DNA of 64,000 nucleotides from a bacterium (GCA_031362565.1 JANLSU010000111.1:11412-75411); one strand, 5' to 3'. Counted from the stretch's first letter, positions 37,518 through 47,206 are shown. The notes: generated by a model from the letters alone, not told the origin. Made by a program: numbers and translations.

Positions 37518-39088
37518 TCTCCCTGCGCTCCCTTGCCGTTCGCGCCCTCGGTCACCATCGAACCGACGGTCGAGTTCTCGAGTTCGAGGTACTTGCGGGC
37601 CGCGTCGCGCACTTGCTCGCGCGTCACCGTTTGAATCCGCGCCACCTCGTCGAACACCTTCTGCCAGCCGCCGTGCAGTGTCTCGAACTCGGCGAGCTGG
37701 TTGGCGAGGCCGGAATTACTGCCCAGCCCGCGGATGAAGTTGGCGCGTACTTGGGTCTTGATCCGCGCCAGTTCGTCGTCTGCAATGAGATCGGTCTTCA
37801 GGCGATCGATCTCTTCGAACGTCACTTTTTCCATCTCTTGCGGGTCGTGCCCGGCGTTCGGCACCGCATAGACCAGGAACAGATTGGGATACTTGGTGCC
37901 CGGGAAGCCGCCGAACGAGCCCGCCGCGAGCGCGCTCTTGTCCTGCTTCACGAGCCGTTTGTAGAGGCGCGAGGTGCGGCCGTCGCCGAGCACCGAACCC
38001 AACACCGTGAGCGCGGCATCGTCCGGATCCGAATCGGCCGGCCGATGGAATGCGACCCCGAAAATGGGTTGCGTGTCGCCCTTCAGCTCGAAGCGCCGCT
38101 GGCCGTTCTGCTTCGGCTCCACGGTGTGCACGAGCGGCGAATCCGTCCGGTGCGGGATGCGCGCGAAGTATTTCTCCGCCAGCTTCTTGACCTCGGCGGG
38201 GTAGACGTCACCGACGACGGCGATCACCAGATTTTGCGGCGTGTAGTAGGTATCGAAGAACTTGTGGGCGTCGGAAAGACGCAAGTTCTCGAGATCCGAG
38301 CGGTGGCCGATGCCTTCGCTCTTGTACGGATGGGCCCGGAACGAAACGCCGAGCATTTCCTCGATGAACTGTCCGAACGGCTGGGAATCGACGCGCATGT
38401 TGCGCTCTTCCATGACCACGTCGCGTTCCTTGTAGAACTGCCGGAACACCGGTTCCAGGAAGCGCTCCGATTCCAAGTAGGCCCACAGTTCGAGGCGGTT
38501 CGACGGCAGGCTGTAGTAGTAGTACGTGCCGTCCGACGCGGTGCTGGCATTCAGCCCCACGCCGCCGACGGTATCGATGATCTGGCCGAACTCGTTGGTC
38601 TCGACAAGGTTGTCGGCCTCCTTGTCGGCGGCGGCGATTTCGGCCCGCAACGTCTTGAGGCGCGTCGAATCGGCGCCGCTGCCCTTGGCGCGCTCGGCGT
38701 ACAACTGCATGAAGAGCGCGTCGACCTTGTCGATCGCCTTCTTCTCCTTGCCGTAGTCCTTGGTGCCGATTTCAGTCGTGCCTTTGAAAGCCATGTGCTC
38801 GAACATGTGCGCCAGGCCGGTCTGGCCGGCCGCTTCGTTGACCGAGCCGGCGTTCACCTGGGTCATGAAACTGAACACTGGACTGTCGTGCCGTTCCATG
38901 ACGACGAAGCGCAGGCCGTTGGGAAGGGCGAATTCAGTGACGCGGCTCTTGAGCTGGCTCGGGTCCCACTCAGCCGACGACCGGGCGAGAACGCGGCCCG
39001 GGCCCGCGGCCACGACGATTGCGGCAAGCCCCGCCGCGAGCCAGGGCGACGGCCCAGGCCAGCTCGCGCTCCGACGGAAACAGAACAT
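37514..39088 (-). CDS. M16B zinc peptidase catalytic subunit
   Basis: GLAHMFEHMAFKG, LNAST, ERDVVMEE and GRTSRL motifs; AAGGAG RBS. Confidence 0.92.
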   Translation of the reverse strand: MFCFRRSASWPGPSPWLAAGLAAIVVAAGPGRVLARSSAEWDPSQLKSRVTEFALPNGLRFVVMERHDSPVFSFMTQVNAGSVNEAAGQTGLAHMFEHMAFKGTTEIGTKDYGKEKKAIDKVDALFMQLYAERAKGSGADSTRLKTLRAEIAAADKEADNLVETNEFGQIIDTVGGVGLNASTASDGTYYYYSLPSNRLELWAYLESERFLEPVFRQFYKERDVVMEERNMRVDSQPFGQFIEEMLGVSFRAHPYKSEGIGHRSDLENLRLSDAHKFFDTYYTPQNLVIAVVGDVYPAEVKKLAEKYFARIPHRTDSPLVHTVEPKQNGQRRFELKGDTQPIFGVAFHRPADSDPDDAALTVLGSVLGDGRTSRLYKRLVKQDKSALAAGSFGGFPGTKYPNLFLVYAVPNAGHDPQEMEKVTFEEIDRLKTDLIADDELARIKTQVRANFIRGLGSNSGLANQLAEFETLHGGWQKVFDEVARIQTVTREQVRDAARKYLELENSTVGSMVTEGANGKGAQGE

Positions 39089-39454
39089 CGTTTCTCCTTG
39101 AAAAGCCGTTGGGGTGAAGGCGAAATTCCGTGCGTTTCGCTGCTTGGCGTTGGCGGTGCCGGCAAGCGGCCGCTCCAGGCGCTGGAAACGCCGCCATCGT
39201 AGTCCACGGGCGCGGCGGGCACAATGCGCCCTGCCGCTTGGTCCAGGGCTCCGCCGGAGCCGGATCGGGCCCGGCGCAACCAGGGCCCCGGACGGCACCT
39301 CGGCCGCGATACAAAGAAATTACCCATCAAACGGGCGCACCCGGGTTAGCTCTTGCGTACAATAGGCTTGTGAGCTCCGTCGCGGCTTGAAGTTCGTCGA
39401 GGGCCGAGGCGGTGTCGGCGGTTTTTTTGATTTCCCCTTCGCGGAGGTTCGGTC

Positions 39455-39883
39455 GTGCGGGTTCTCCAGATTACAACGGCGTCGGCTCTCGCCTTGGCGC
39501 TCGCTGCGAGCGCGGCGTTCGCAGGCGGCAGCTGTTGCGCCAAGAACGTTTCGACAAGCATGTGCACGGCATCGCAGACGGCGTCCTGCCAGGCGAGCGC
39601 CATGAACGGCACCCGCGTCGAGGCGACGCGCCTGTCGTCGGGCGACCTGGTCGTCCACTACATCGGTACGAGCCCCGAGGCGGTCGCCATGCTGCATGCC
39701 AAGGCGGCCGGTTCTGCCGAAAAGTTCTGCTGCGGGATGACGCAGAAGATGGCGTCGAACACCAATTGCAAGGTCGACATGTCGAAGGTTTCGAACGGCG
39801 TCATCGTTTTCGTGACGTCGCCCAAGAAGGAAGTCGTCGACCAGTACGAGAAGGAATTCGCGGCGCTGACCGCGACCAAGTAA
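39455..39883 (+). CDS. Secreted Cys-rich hypothetical protein with internal duplication
   Basis: GGAGG RBS; signal peptide ending AFA; 7 Cys; followed by a hairpin. Confidence 0.75.
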   Translation: MRVLQITTASALALALAASAAFAGGSCCAKNVSTSMCTASQTASCQASAMNGTRVEATRLSSGDLVVHYIGTSPEAVAMLHAKAAGSAEKFCCGMTQKMASNTNCKVDMSKVSNGVIVFVTSPKKEVVDQYEKEFAALTATK

Positions 39884-39905
39884 TCCGACACGACGGCCGA
39901 AACCA

Positions 39906-39937
39906 GCGGGCCCTTTGGTGCGAGCCAAGGGGCCCGC
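39906..39937 (+). terminator. Probable terminator hairpin
   Basis: GCGGGCCCTTTGG-loop-CCAAGGGGCCCGC followed by ACCTTTGT. Confidence 0.55.
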
Positions 39938-40060
39938 ACCTTTGTCCCCCGCATTGCAGCGTGACCGGCAGACCGCGTACCATCTGCCATGTTGCGGTTC
40001 GGCTTGGCCGAGGGCCCGCATCTTGGGTGATTTCCAGCGATAAACGGAGGTCGGCGCGAC

Positions 40061-40861
40061 ATGGGCCGGATGCACGAAGTGGATTACAAGATTTTCGGTG
40101 ACGACATGCAGTTCGTCGAGATCGAATTGGATCCGCAAGAGGCGGTCGTGGCCGAAGCCGGCGGCATGATGTACATGGACGACGGCATCGCCATGGAGAC
40201 TATCTTCGGCGACGGTTCGCAGGGGCAGAAGTCGGGCATCATGGGCGCGCTCATGGGGGCCGGCAAGCGGCTCCTGACCGGCGAATCGATGTTCATGACC
40301 GTGTTCCAGAATCAGAGCACCACCAAGCGCAAGGTCGCCTTCGGAGCACCGATTCCCGGCAAGATCGTCGCCATGCATCTGTCGCAACTGGGTGGCGAAC
40401 TCATCTGTCAGAAGGAGTCGTTCCTGGCGGCCGCCAAGGGAGTGTCGCTCGGGATCGCATTCCAGCGCAAGCTCGGGGTCGGACTCTTCGGCGGCGAAGG
40501 CTTCATCATGCAACGCCTCCAGGGCGATGGCTGGGCATTCATCAATGCCTCCGGCGCACTCGTCGAGCGCGACCTGGGCCCCGGTGAAATCCTGCGCGTC
40601 GACACCGGCTGTCTCGTGGCACTGCAGCCGGCCGTTTCCTACGACATCGAGATGGTGCGCGGCATCAAGACGGCGCTCTTCGGTGGCGAGGGCCTGTTCT
40701 TCGCGACGCTGCGTGGCCCGGGGCGCATCTGGTTGCAGTCGCTGCCGTTCAGCCGCCTCGCCGGGCGCATTTTCGCTGCCGCACCACAGACCGGCGGCCG
40801 CGGCCACGGCGAAGGTTCGATCCTGGGATCGCTCGGCGGGCTCATCGATGGTGGCCGGTAA
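40061..40861 (+). CDS. TIGR00266/AIM24 family protein
   Basis: [30 protein letters not shown] and LQSLPF motifs. Confidence 0.92.
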   Translation: MGRMHEVDYKIFGDDMQFVEIELDPQEAVVAEAGGMMYMDDGIAMETIFGDGSQGQKSGIMGALMGAGKRLLTGESMFMTVFQNQSTTKRKVAFGAPIPGKIVAMHLSQLGGELICQKESFLAAAKGVSLGIAFQRKLGVGLFGGEGFIMQRLQGDGWAFINASGALVERDLGPGEILRVDTGCLVALQPAVSYDIEMVRGIKTALFGGEGLFFATLRGPGRIWLQSLPFSRLAGRIFAAAPQTGGRGHGEGSILGSLGGLIDGGR

Positions 40862-40871
40862 CCGCGGTTCG

Positions 40872-41990
40872 ATGGCGCCTATCGCGGCATCGCTCTTCAC
40901 TTCCGGCGGTGCGGCGCAGGGACAGCGCGTGCACGTCGAACTGCGCTCGCGCTCGCTGGTGCTGCACGAGGATTCGGGGCACGACACCGAGGTCGCCTAC
41001 GCCGCACTCACGCCGCGCTCCGGCGGTTGGAACGGCGCGGCAGTGCTGTTCGACTGGCGCGACGAAACCGGCAACCGGACCCTCGCCGTACACGATGCCG
41101 CACTCGATGCATTGCGCGCCGCGGCGCCGGACGCGTTGCGCGAACGGCTCGGAAGCCACGCGCGCCGCCAGCGCCGCGGCCCGTCGCGGGCTGTCTTGCT
41201 GGTTGCGGCCGCCGTATTCGTCGCCGCCACCGTACCGGTTTTCGTCTTCATCAACGATTCGGACCGGCTGGTGAACATCGCCGTCGAGCGCATTCCGCCG
41301 GAAATCGAGGCACGATTGGGCCGGCTCACGGTCGAGAGCCTGACGCAGCACCGCACGCCCGCCGGCCTCGCGACGCGGACGCTCGAGGATCTCGGCGGGC
41401 GTCTGGCCGCGCAAACGGTGTCGCCGTACACGTTTCGTTGGATCCTCGTCGACGATCCGCAAGTCAACGCCATGGCGGCGCCCGGTGGCACGGTCGTTGT
41501 ATTCTCCGGCCTTCTGCGCGCCGCGGAATCGCCGGAGGAATTGGCCGGCGTGCTGGCGCACGAGGTCCAGCACGTGGTCCTGCGGCACAGTTTGCGCGGT
41601 ATGGTGCGCGATCTAGGCTGGCGCGCGATGCTCGGAATCGTGTTCAGTGGGGCTGGAGACTGGGGTGGTTCGGCGGCGGGATGGGCGGCGCAGTTGGGAA
41701 GCCTGCGATTCTCGCGCCAGCAAGAAGCCGAGGCTGACGCCGGCGGGGTGCGATTGCTGGAGAAAGCCGGCATCGATCCGCAAGGCATGGCGACGTTCTT
41801 TGCGCGCCTGTCGCGTGACGAACAGCAAATTCCGGCCCTCTTGTCGACGCATCCGGCGAGCGAGGAACGGGCGCAAAAGGTGCGAGCGATGGTCGCCGGC
41901 GCACCGGCTGCGGCACCGTTGCCGTATGACTGGCGCGCCGTGCGCGAGGAATTGAGCCCTCGGGCCGGCGGCGCGCCGACCGGCAACTGA
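40872..41990 (+). CDS. M48 family zinc metallopeptidase
   Basis: VNAMAAPGG, ELAGVLAHEVQH, EAEAD and LSTHP motifs; start uncertain (40848 or 40872). Confidence 0.88.
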   Translation: MAPIAASLFTSGGAAQGQRVHVELRSRSLVLHEDSGHDTEVAYAALTPRSGGWNGAAVLFDWRDETGNRTLAVHDAALDALRAAAPDALRERLGSHARRQRRGPSRAVLLVAAAVFVAATVPVFVFINDSDRLVNIAVERIPPEIEARLGRLTVESLTQHRTPAGLATRTLEDLGGRLAAQTVSPYTFRWILVDDPQVNAMAAPGGTVVVFSGLLRAAESPEELAGVLAHEVQHVVLRHSLRGMVRDLGWRAMLGIVFSGAGDWGGSAAGWAAQLGSLRFSRQQEAEADAGGVRLLEKAGIDPQGMATFFARLSRDEQQIPALLSTHPASEERAQKVRAMVAGAPAAAPLPYDWRAVREELSPRAGGAPTGN

Positions 41991-42045
41991 ATCGCGCCTT
42001 CTTAGGGTCCGCGAAGGGCCGCAGGGTCAAAATACGGGAGTCGCA

Positions 42046-42516
42046 ATGCCGACGTATGACTACGAGTGTGACAACGGTCACCACTTCGAACTATTTCAGT
42101 CGATGAAGGACGAAGCGCTCACGACGTGCACCCAGTGTGACGCCAAGGCGCGGCGCATCATCGGTCCCGGGGCCGGTTTCATTTTCAAGGGCGGCGGCTT
42201 CTACATTACCGACTACCGTTCCAAGGACTACAAAGAGAAGGCCAAGTCCGAGTCGTCCGGCGACGCCGGTTCGAGCAGCAGCAAAAGCTCGCCGGCGGAA
42301 AGCAGTGGATCGGCGGGGACGGCCGACAGCGCGGGCTCGAGCGGCAAGTCCGATGGGAGCAGCAAGCCGGGTTCGAGCGGCGACGCGGGCAGTAGCGGCA
42401 GTTCATCCGGCAAGAGTGGTTCGGCGGACAAGGGCGGAGCTTCGGGGAGCGGCAAATCGTCGGGTGACAAGGGCGGCAGTTCGGGGTCGGGGTCGGGTTC
42501 GAGCGGCGGCTCGTGA
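42046..42516 (+). CDS. FmdB-family zinc-ribbon protein with Ser/Gly-rich tail
   Basis: MPTYDYEC...CTQC...FKGGGFYITDY. Confidence 0.9.
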   Translation: MPTYDYECDNGHHFELFQSMKDEALTTCTQCDAKARRIIGPGAGFIFKGGGFYITDYRSKDYKEKAKSESSGDAGSSSSKSSPAESSGSAGTADSAGSSGKSDGSSKPGSSGDAGSSGSSSGKSGSADKGGASGSGKSSGDKGGSSGSGSGSSGGS

Positions 42517-42551
42517 ACGATGTGGGTGGTGGCGCCGGCGCCGCCTCCGCC

Positions 42552-43397
42552 TTACGGTTCGAGTTGCGACAAGATCGCCAGCGGCCTGAGAACATTCAAC
42601 GCGAATCCCGCCAACGTCATCGCAAAAAGCGCCAAGGCGACAAGCTGCGTCGTACGGCCTTCACGCCGCTCGCGTTGCGACGGCAACCAGTGGCCGAGCA
42701 GATAGCCGCTGGCGATTCCCCCCACGTGCGCCAAGTTGTTGACGCCGGACATCATCAAACCAAAGAGCAGGTTGATGACGATCGTCTGCATCAGTGGGCC
42801 TGATGCGATCTCACTCCAACTCGTGCGCTGGCGCCGCGTGAAGGCCAGCACCGCGCCCATGATGCCGAAAATGGCTCCCGACGCGCCAATCGACGGGTGC
42901 GCTCCCATGGCATTCGAGAGCACGAAACCGGCGGCACCCGTCAACGTGAAGAGAATGAAGAACCGCGCCCGCCCGAAGAGTTCCTGTGCTTCGGGCCCGA
43001 GCCGGCGGATCCACCAGAGGTTGAAAAAAATGTGCAGCAAGCCGCCGTGCAGGTAGATGGCGGTCAGAATCGTCCACCAACGCCCCTCGCCGATCGCGAT
43101 TCCGCCCGTCATCCCAAGTTTGTAGAGCGCCAACCCACTCGGTGAGAGCAAGTTCAACAGCCCGCGCGACTGCATCGCGCCCGGCAAATCGATCAAGAGG
43201 CCGATCACATACAGCACGGCGCAGGCACCGATGATGCCCGGCACGAGATCCATGCGGGCGCCGAACAAACGCTGCAGCGCCGGGGTCGCACCCCACAGAC
43301 CGGGGCGCACCGTGCCGCAATAGGGGCAACGCGGCTCATCGGCGCTGATGAGCTTGCGGCAGTTTGGACAGAGCATCGCGTTGCCGCGGCCGGCCAT
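42552..43397 (-). CDS. Rhomboid intramembrane serine protease with N-terminal zinc ribbon
   Basis: CPNC/CPYC; HGGLLHIFFN, GASG and AHVGG motifs. Confidence 0.9.
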   Translation of the reverse strand: MAGRGNAMLCPNCRKLISADEPRCPYCGTVRPGLWGATPALQRLFGARMDLVPGIIGACAVLYVIGLLIDLPGAMQSRGLLNLLSPSGLALYKLGMTGGIAIGEGRWWTILTAIYLHGGLLHIFFNLWWIRRLGPEAQELFGRARFFILFTLTGAAGFVLSNAMGAHPSIGASGAIFGIMGAVLAFTRRQRTSWSEIASGPLMQTIVINLLFGLMMSGVNNLAHVGGIASGYLLGHWLPSQRERREGRTTQLVALALFAMTLAGFALNVLRPLAILSQLEP

Positions 43398-43658
43398 CGA
43401 ACCTCCCTCCCGGGGCGCATTGTAGCCGTGCACGGTGTTTCTGTGCGCGTCGAATGCCGAGCCTCGAAGTGGGGGAATTCGCGCCGCCTCCGCCGGGCGC
43501 GGGCTGAATGACGCGAAACGGGATCCGGACAAGGAACAACGCGGCACCAACGGCTCTTTGGCAACACGACCGCGTGGCGCGCGCCTTGCGCTGTTGCGAC
43601 GTCGAGACACGGCGGGCGCCGTGCTCGCTGTCGATGTCCGAGTCCCGGAGGCCCCGAG

Positions 43659-44249
43659 TTGCGAAAACACCGCCTCGCTCTCTTCTGCGTACTGTCCGTG
43701 TCACTCGCGAGCGCCGGCGCCGCGTCGGCGGAGCCGGTGTCGCCAGTGGTCACAGGGACCGCTCCTTCGGTCCTGGATGACGTGTTGCGGATCTGGAATC
43801 AGGCTCCCGCAACCGACGCCGGCGACGACACCCCGGAAGCAATGGACGCGTCGCAACAGTGGTACAACTCGAACAACTCGAACAACGCGAACGACGAGGA
43901 TGACGCCACGGATGACGTCACGCCGTCGTACACGGCACCCGACGGCTCGGCGCTGACGCCGAATCTCGACCGCTTGCTGCAAGGCGCCGGACGCCCGCTC
44001 ATGCCGAGCGATGGCGTGCGATCTGGCGCCAGCCAGCCGGCGACCGACGCCTACGGATTCACGGCGTCGCCGTACTTCCAAAAGGGCAACCAGAATACGC
44101 ACCAGCCGTCGCATTACACCCCGCCTCCGCCGCCGCGCTGCCCGCCGCCGACGCCGACGCCGGAACCCGGCAGTCTGATGCTCTTCGGTGCCGCGGCAGT
44201 CAGTGCCGCCGCCGCGCGCCGCCGCCGCCGGTCGGGTTCGGGAAACTGA
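43659..44249 (+). CDS. PEP-CTERM sorting domain protein
   Basis: Signal peptide; acidic low-complexity body; TPEPGSLMLFG + hydrophobic stretch + RRRRR. Confidence 0.8.
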   Translation: MRKHRLALFCVLSVSLASAGAASAEPVSPVVTGTAPSVLDDVLRIWNQAPATDAGDDTPEAMDASQQWYNSNNSNNANDEDDATDDVTPSYTAPDGSALTPNLDRLLQGAGRPLMPSDGVRSGASQPATDAYGFTASPYFQKGNQNTHQPSHYTPPPPPRCPPPTPTPEPGSLMLFGAAAVSAAAARRRRRSGSGN

Positions 44250-44291
44250 ATCGCCTGACTACGGTGCCGCCGTCACGAGCGCTCAAATGAG

Positions 44292-44335
44292 AATGCCGCC
44301 CGGTCACCAACGTGTCCGGGCGGCATTTCGTTTGT
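44292..44335. terminator. Probable intrinsic terminator
   Basis: AATGCCGCCCGG-loop-CCGGGCGGCATT followed by TCGTTTGT; lies between convergent genes. Confidence 0.65.
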
Positions 44336-44358
44336 GGTCCGCTTGCTTCGGCCGCGCT

Positions 44359-44973
44359 TCAGGACAGCAATTCGTCCTCGAGCGATGACGTGATCAACAA
44401 CAAGCAGCCGTCGACCGTGAACTGCGGCACATGCACGCTGCCGGCGGCAGCGCGCTGAAAATCGCCGGCGTGCATGACCAGGTCGGCACCGACATGCAAA
44501 TCACCTTCGAGCACGAGGCATTCCTCGGCGTCGGCGTGGCGGTGGCTGGGGTACTGGGTGCCCGGCAGCATTCGCACCAGCATGGTTGCGGTGCGGCGCG
44601 CCGCGTCGAGATACAGCTTCTTGACCGACACGCCGGCCAACACCGATTCCCAATGGCCCTCGGTCGCCCGAACGAGAAATAGATCCTGCGCCGCCACGTC
44701 GCCGGGCGACCAGTTCTTCCACGACTGCACGGTTTCAGTACGCCCTTCGGGAGCGAGGGCGGCGTCCAACACGCGCTGGCGCAAGGCCGCTGGCGGTGCA
44801 ACCGGCGTCACGACGGAGGCGAGACTCGCGACCGTCGCATCGTGGGCGCGCAACTCACGCTCGCACTCTTCACAGCCGGTTTGGAGATGGGTTTGGACCG
44901 CCGCGAGTTCCGCCGGGTCGAGCACGCCGAGTGCATAGAGCGGCAGGAGTTCCTGCAGTGACACGTGGTTCAC
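44359..44973 (-). CDS. ChrR-like anti-sigma factor (ZAS-like N-terminus + cupin)
   Basis: LYALGVL...HLQTGCEEC; cupin PSHRH...EECLVLEG...H; GTGA overlap with upstream gene. Confidence 0.85.
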   Translation of the reverse strand: MNHVSLQELLPLYALGVLDPAELAAVQTHLQTGCEECERELRAHDATVASLASVVTPVAPPAALRQRVLDAALAPEGRTETVQSWKNWSPGDVAAQDLFLVRATEGHWESVLAGVSVKKLYLDAARRTATMLVRMLPGTQYPSHRHADAEECLVLEGDLHVGADLVMHAGDFQRAAAGSVHVPQFTVDGCLLLITSSLEDELLS

Positions 44974-45500
44974 TTGGATGCCTCCAATTGCCGCGACCGT
45001 GTGCCGGCTACCCGCGCCATCGCGTTTCGCAAGCGGCGTCGGACTTCCGTCTCCGGAAGGCCCGTGTGCGCCGCCATGGCCGACACGGAACGTCCTTCCC
45101 AGTATGCCAACCCGAGCAGGTCTTGGTCCACCGGCTCCAGTTGTGCCACCGCGCTGAGGACCGCAGTGGCGGATTTGGGGGGCCGGTGCATTGCCACGAC
45201 CCCGTCGCTCGGCACGGCCGCGGCCACCGTGGCGCCACGGACGCTCGGATCGCGCCGCGCCAACGCCCACTGTCGAACCCGGATGAGCAGCATCCTGCGC
45301 CGCTCGGATTCCGGCCCGGGCCACGACCCGACTTCCCGATACACGGCGACGAGGGCGGCCTGCGCCACGTCCGGACGCCCCACGATCCGTAGGGCCAGTC
45401 CATACGCTGTGGCGGCGGTGCGATCGTAGAAACCCACCAAATCGTCCGATCCGCCCATCGGCTGGGACCCGGCCCCGAAGGGTGACTGTGCTGGGACCAT
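44970..45500 (-). CDS. Degenerate ECF sigma-like protein
   Basis: FYDRTAATAYGLALRIVG (sigma2 start) and LAYWEGRS...GLPETEVRRRLR (sigma4); conserved cores eroded; frame intact. Confidence 0.65.
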   Translation of the reverse strand: MVPAQSPFGAGSQPMGGSDDLVGFYDRTAATAYGLALRIVGRPDVAQAALVAVYREVGSWPGPESERRRMLLIRVRQWALARRDPSVRGATVAAAVPSDGVVAMHRPPKSATAVLSAVAQLEPVDQDLLGLAYWEGRSVSAMAAHTGLPETEVRRRLRNAMARVAGTRSRQLEASK

Positions 45501-45563
45501 GCTCTTCCCCCGCGGCTCCGGACTCGGCTGGGCGGTGCCCGCTGTTCCACTGTCCGATCCCTC

Positions 45564-45590
45564 TACGCAAGGTGCTACCCGGGCGGATTG
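45564..45590 (-). promoter_or_regulatory. Putative RpoE/ChrR-type ECF promoter for the degenerate sigma/anti-sigma pair
   Basis: Minus strand CAATCC-N16-GCGTA. Confidence 0.5.
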
Positions 45591-45622
45591 CCGGGGTGCC
45601 CCGGACCGGCTAGGCTCGCCCT

Positions 45623-45648
45623 TGATGCCCCCCCGTTCCCCCCGCGAA
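45623..45648 (+). promoter_or_regulatory. Putative RpoE/ChrR-type ECF promoter for the intact sigma and CDF transporter
   Basis: TGATGC-N15-GCGAA. Confidence 0.45.
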
Positions 45649-45685
45649 CGGGGACCCACCCCGATGCAGCGACTGGGAAGGGTCC

Positions 45686-46294
45686 ATGACCGCTGGTTTC
45701 GACACGTCCGCCGCGGGCGAAAGCCGGTTGCTTGCCGCGCTCAAGGTGCAGGACCCGGCTGCACTGGATGAACTCTATCGCGCCCATGCGGCCTTCGTGC
45801 ACGGCATTGCGGTGCGCGTTCTACGCGACGCGGCCGAGGCCGAGGAAACGACCCAGGACGTCTTCGTGTACGTGTGGCAGAACGCGGCGCGCTTCGACCG
45901 CCAACGCGGCACCCTCGCTTCATGGCTCGTGACGCTGGCGCGGAGCCGGTCCATCGATCGCTTGCGAGCCCGCGCCAGTCAGACGCGGCGGGTCGAAGGC
46001 CTGGGGCGCGAAATGAGTGCGGCGCCAAGCGTCGATGGCAACGATCCGCTCGCCGGCCTGCTGCAGTCCGAAACCGGCCAACGGGTCCGCGCGGCTTTGC
46101 AGCAGTTGCCCGCGGAGCAACGCCAGGCGCTCGAGATCGCCTACTTCGAAGGCTTGTCGCACCGCGAAGTTGCGGCCCGCCTCGGTACCCCACTCGGCAC
46201 CATCAAGACGCGAATTCGGCAGGGCATGCTGCGCTTGCGCGCGGCTCTCGACACCGATTCGCAGACCTTTCCCGGCCCGCCGGCCGGCACATGA
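45686..46294 (+). CDS. ECF sigma factor (SigK/RpoE-like)
   Basis: AEETTQDVF...W...FDRQRG...WLVTLARSRSIDRLR; AYFEGLSHREVA...LGTIKTRIR. Confidence 0.92.
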   Translation: MTAGFDTSAAGESRLLAALKVQDPAALDELYRAHAAFVHGIAVRVLRDAAEAEETTQDVFVYVWQNAARFDRQRGTLASWLVTLARSRSIDRLRARASQTRRVEGLGREMSAAPSVDGNDPLAGLLQSETGQRVRAALQQLPAEQRQALEIAYFEGLSHREVAARLGTPLGTIKTRIRQGMLRLRAALDTDSQTFPGPPAGT

Positions 46295-47205
46295 AGCGGC
46301 CCGATGCAGTGCCGCCGGGGCGTCCGACCGGTGGCGGCTACGGTCACGCGGTGCAACGGGTCCTGTGGATCACGCTCGGACTGAACCTCGCCGTCGCCGC
46401 GGCGAAATTCATCGTCGGCATGCTGAGCCACAATTTGACCCTGCTCGGCGATTCGGCGCATTCGTTGGTGGACGCCGTGAACAATGTCGTCGGCCTGGTC
46501 GCGGTCGGAGTCGCAGCCAAAGACGCCGATGCCGGTCATCCGTACGGCCACTCCAAATTCGAAACCCTCGCCGCCTTCGTGCTCTCGGGATTGCTCTTCC
46601 TGACCTGTGCGCAACTGGCGATCGTCAGCGTGAAGCGGATCCTGCACGCGCCGGAACACCCGCCGGAAGCGAGCGTCACGGCCTTCGCGGTGGCGATGGC
46701 AACGCTGCTCGTGAATCTCGGCGTTTCGATCTACGAAGAACGCCGCGGCCGGGCGCTCGGCAGCGATTTCCTCGTTGCCGACGCGGCGCACACGCGCAGC
46801 GATGTGCTGGTGACGGCCGTCGTCGTCACGAGTCTCGTGTGCGTGCGCCTTGGTTACCCGCGCGTCGACGCGTACTTGTCACTCGTGGTCGCGGGTTTTA
46901 TCGGCCGCATTGGTTACCAGGTGTTCCGTGCGACGTTGCCGGTGTTGGTGGATGCCTCGGCGGTGGCCGACGCGACGGTTCAAGAGATCGTCCGTTCCGT
47001 ACCGGGGGTGCATTCGCCGCATGCGGTGCGCTCGCGCCGCGCCGGCAACATGGTGTTCGTGGAGATGCATGTGTTGGTGGAACCGAATCAAGAGACCGAA
47101 GCGACCCACGCCCTCACCGAATCCGTCGAAGCCGCGCTGACCCGCGCGTTGGGGCCAACGACCGCCACCATTCACGTCGAAACGTTACGCGATTGCGGCT
47201 GGTAG
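46291..47205 (+). CDS. Cation diffusion facilitator (FieF-like) transporter
   Basis: DSAHSLVD, HPYGHSKFE and ADAAHTRSD motifs; ATGA overlap with sigma. Confidence 0.92.
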   Translation: MKRPDAVPPGRPTGGGYGHAVQRVLWITLGLNLAVAAAKFIVGMLSHNLTLLGDSAHSLVDAVNNVVGLVAVGVAAKDADAGHPYGHSKFETLAAFVLSGLLFLTCAQLAIVSVKRILHAPEHPPEASVTAFAVAMATLLVNLGVSIYEERRGRALGSDFLVADAAHTRSDVLVTAVVVTSLVCVRLGYPRVDAYLSLVVAGFIGRIGYQVFRATLPVLVDASAVADATVQEIVRSVPGVHSPHAVRSRRAGNMVFVEMHVLVEPNQETEATHALTESVEAALTRALGPTTATIHVETLRDCGW

Positions 47206-47206
47206 T

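Noticed and set aside
42250..42516. Repetitive Ser/Gly-coding DNA
   Set aside because: Ordinary low-complexity tail of an FmdB-family protein
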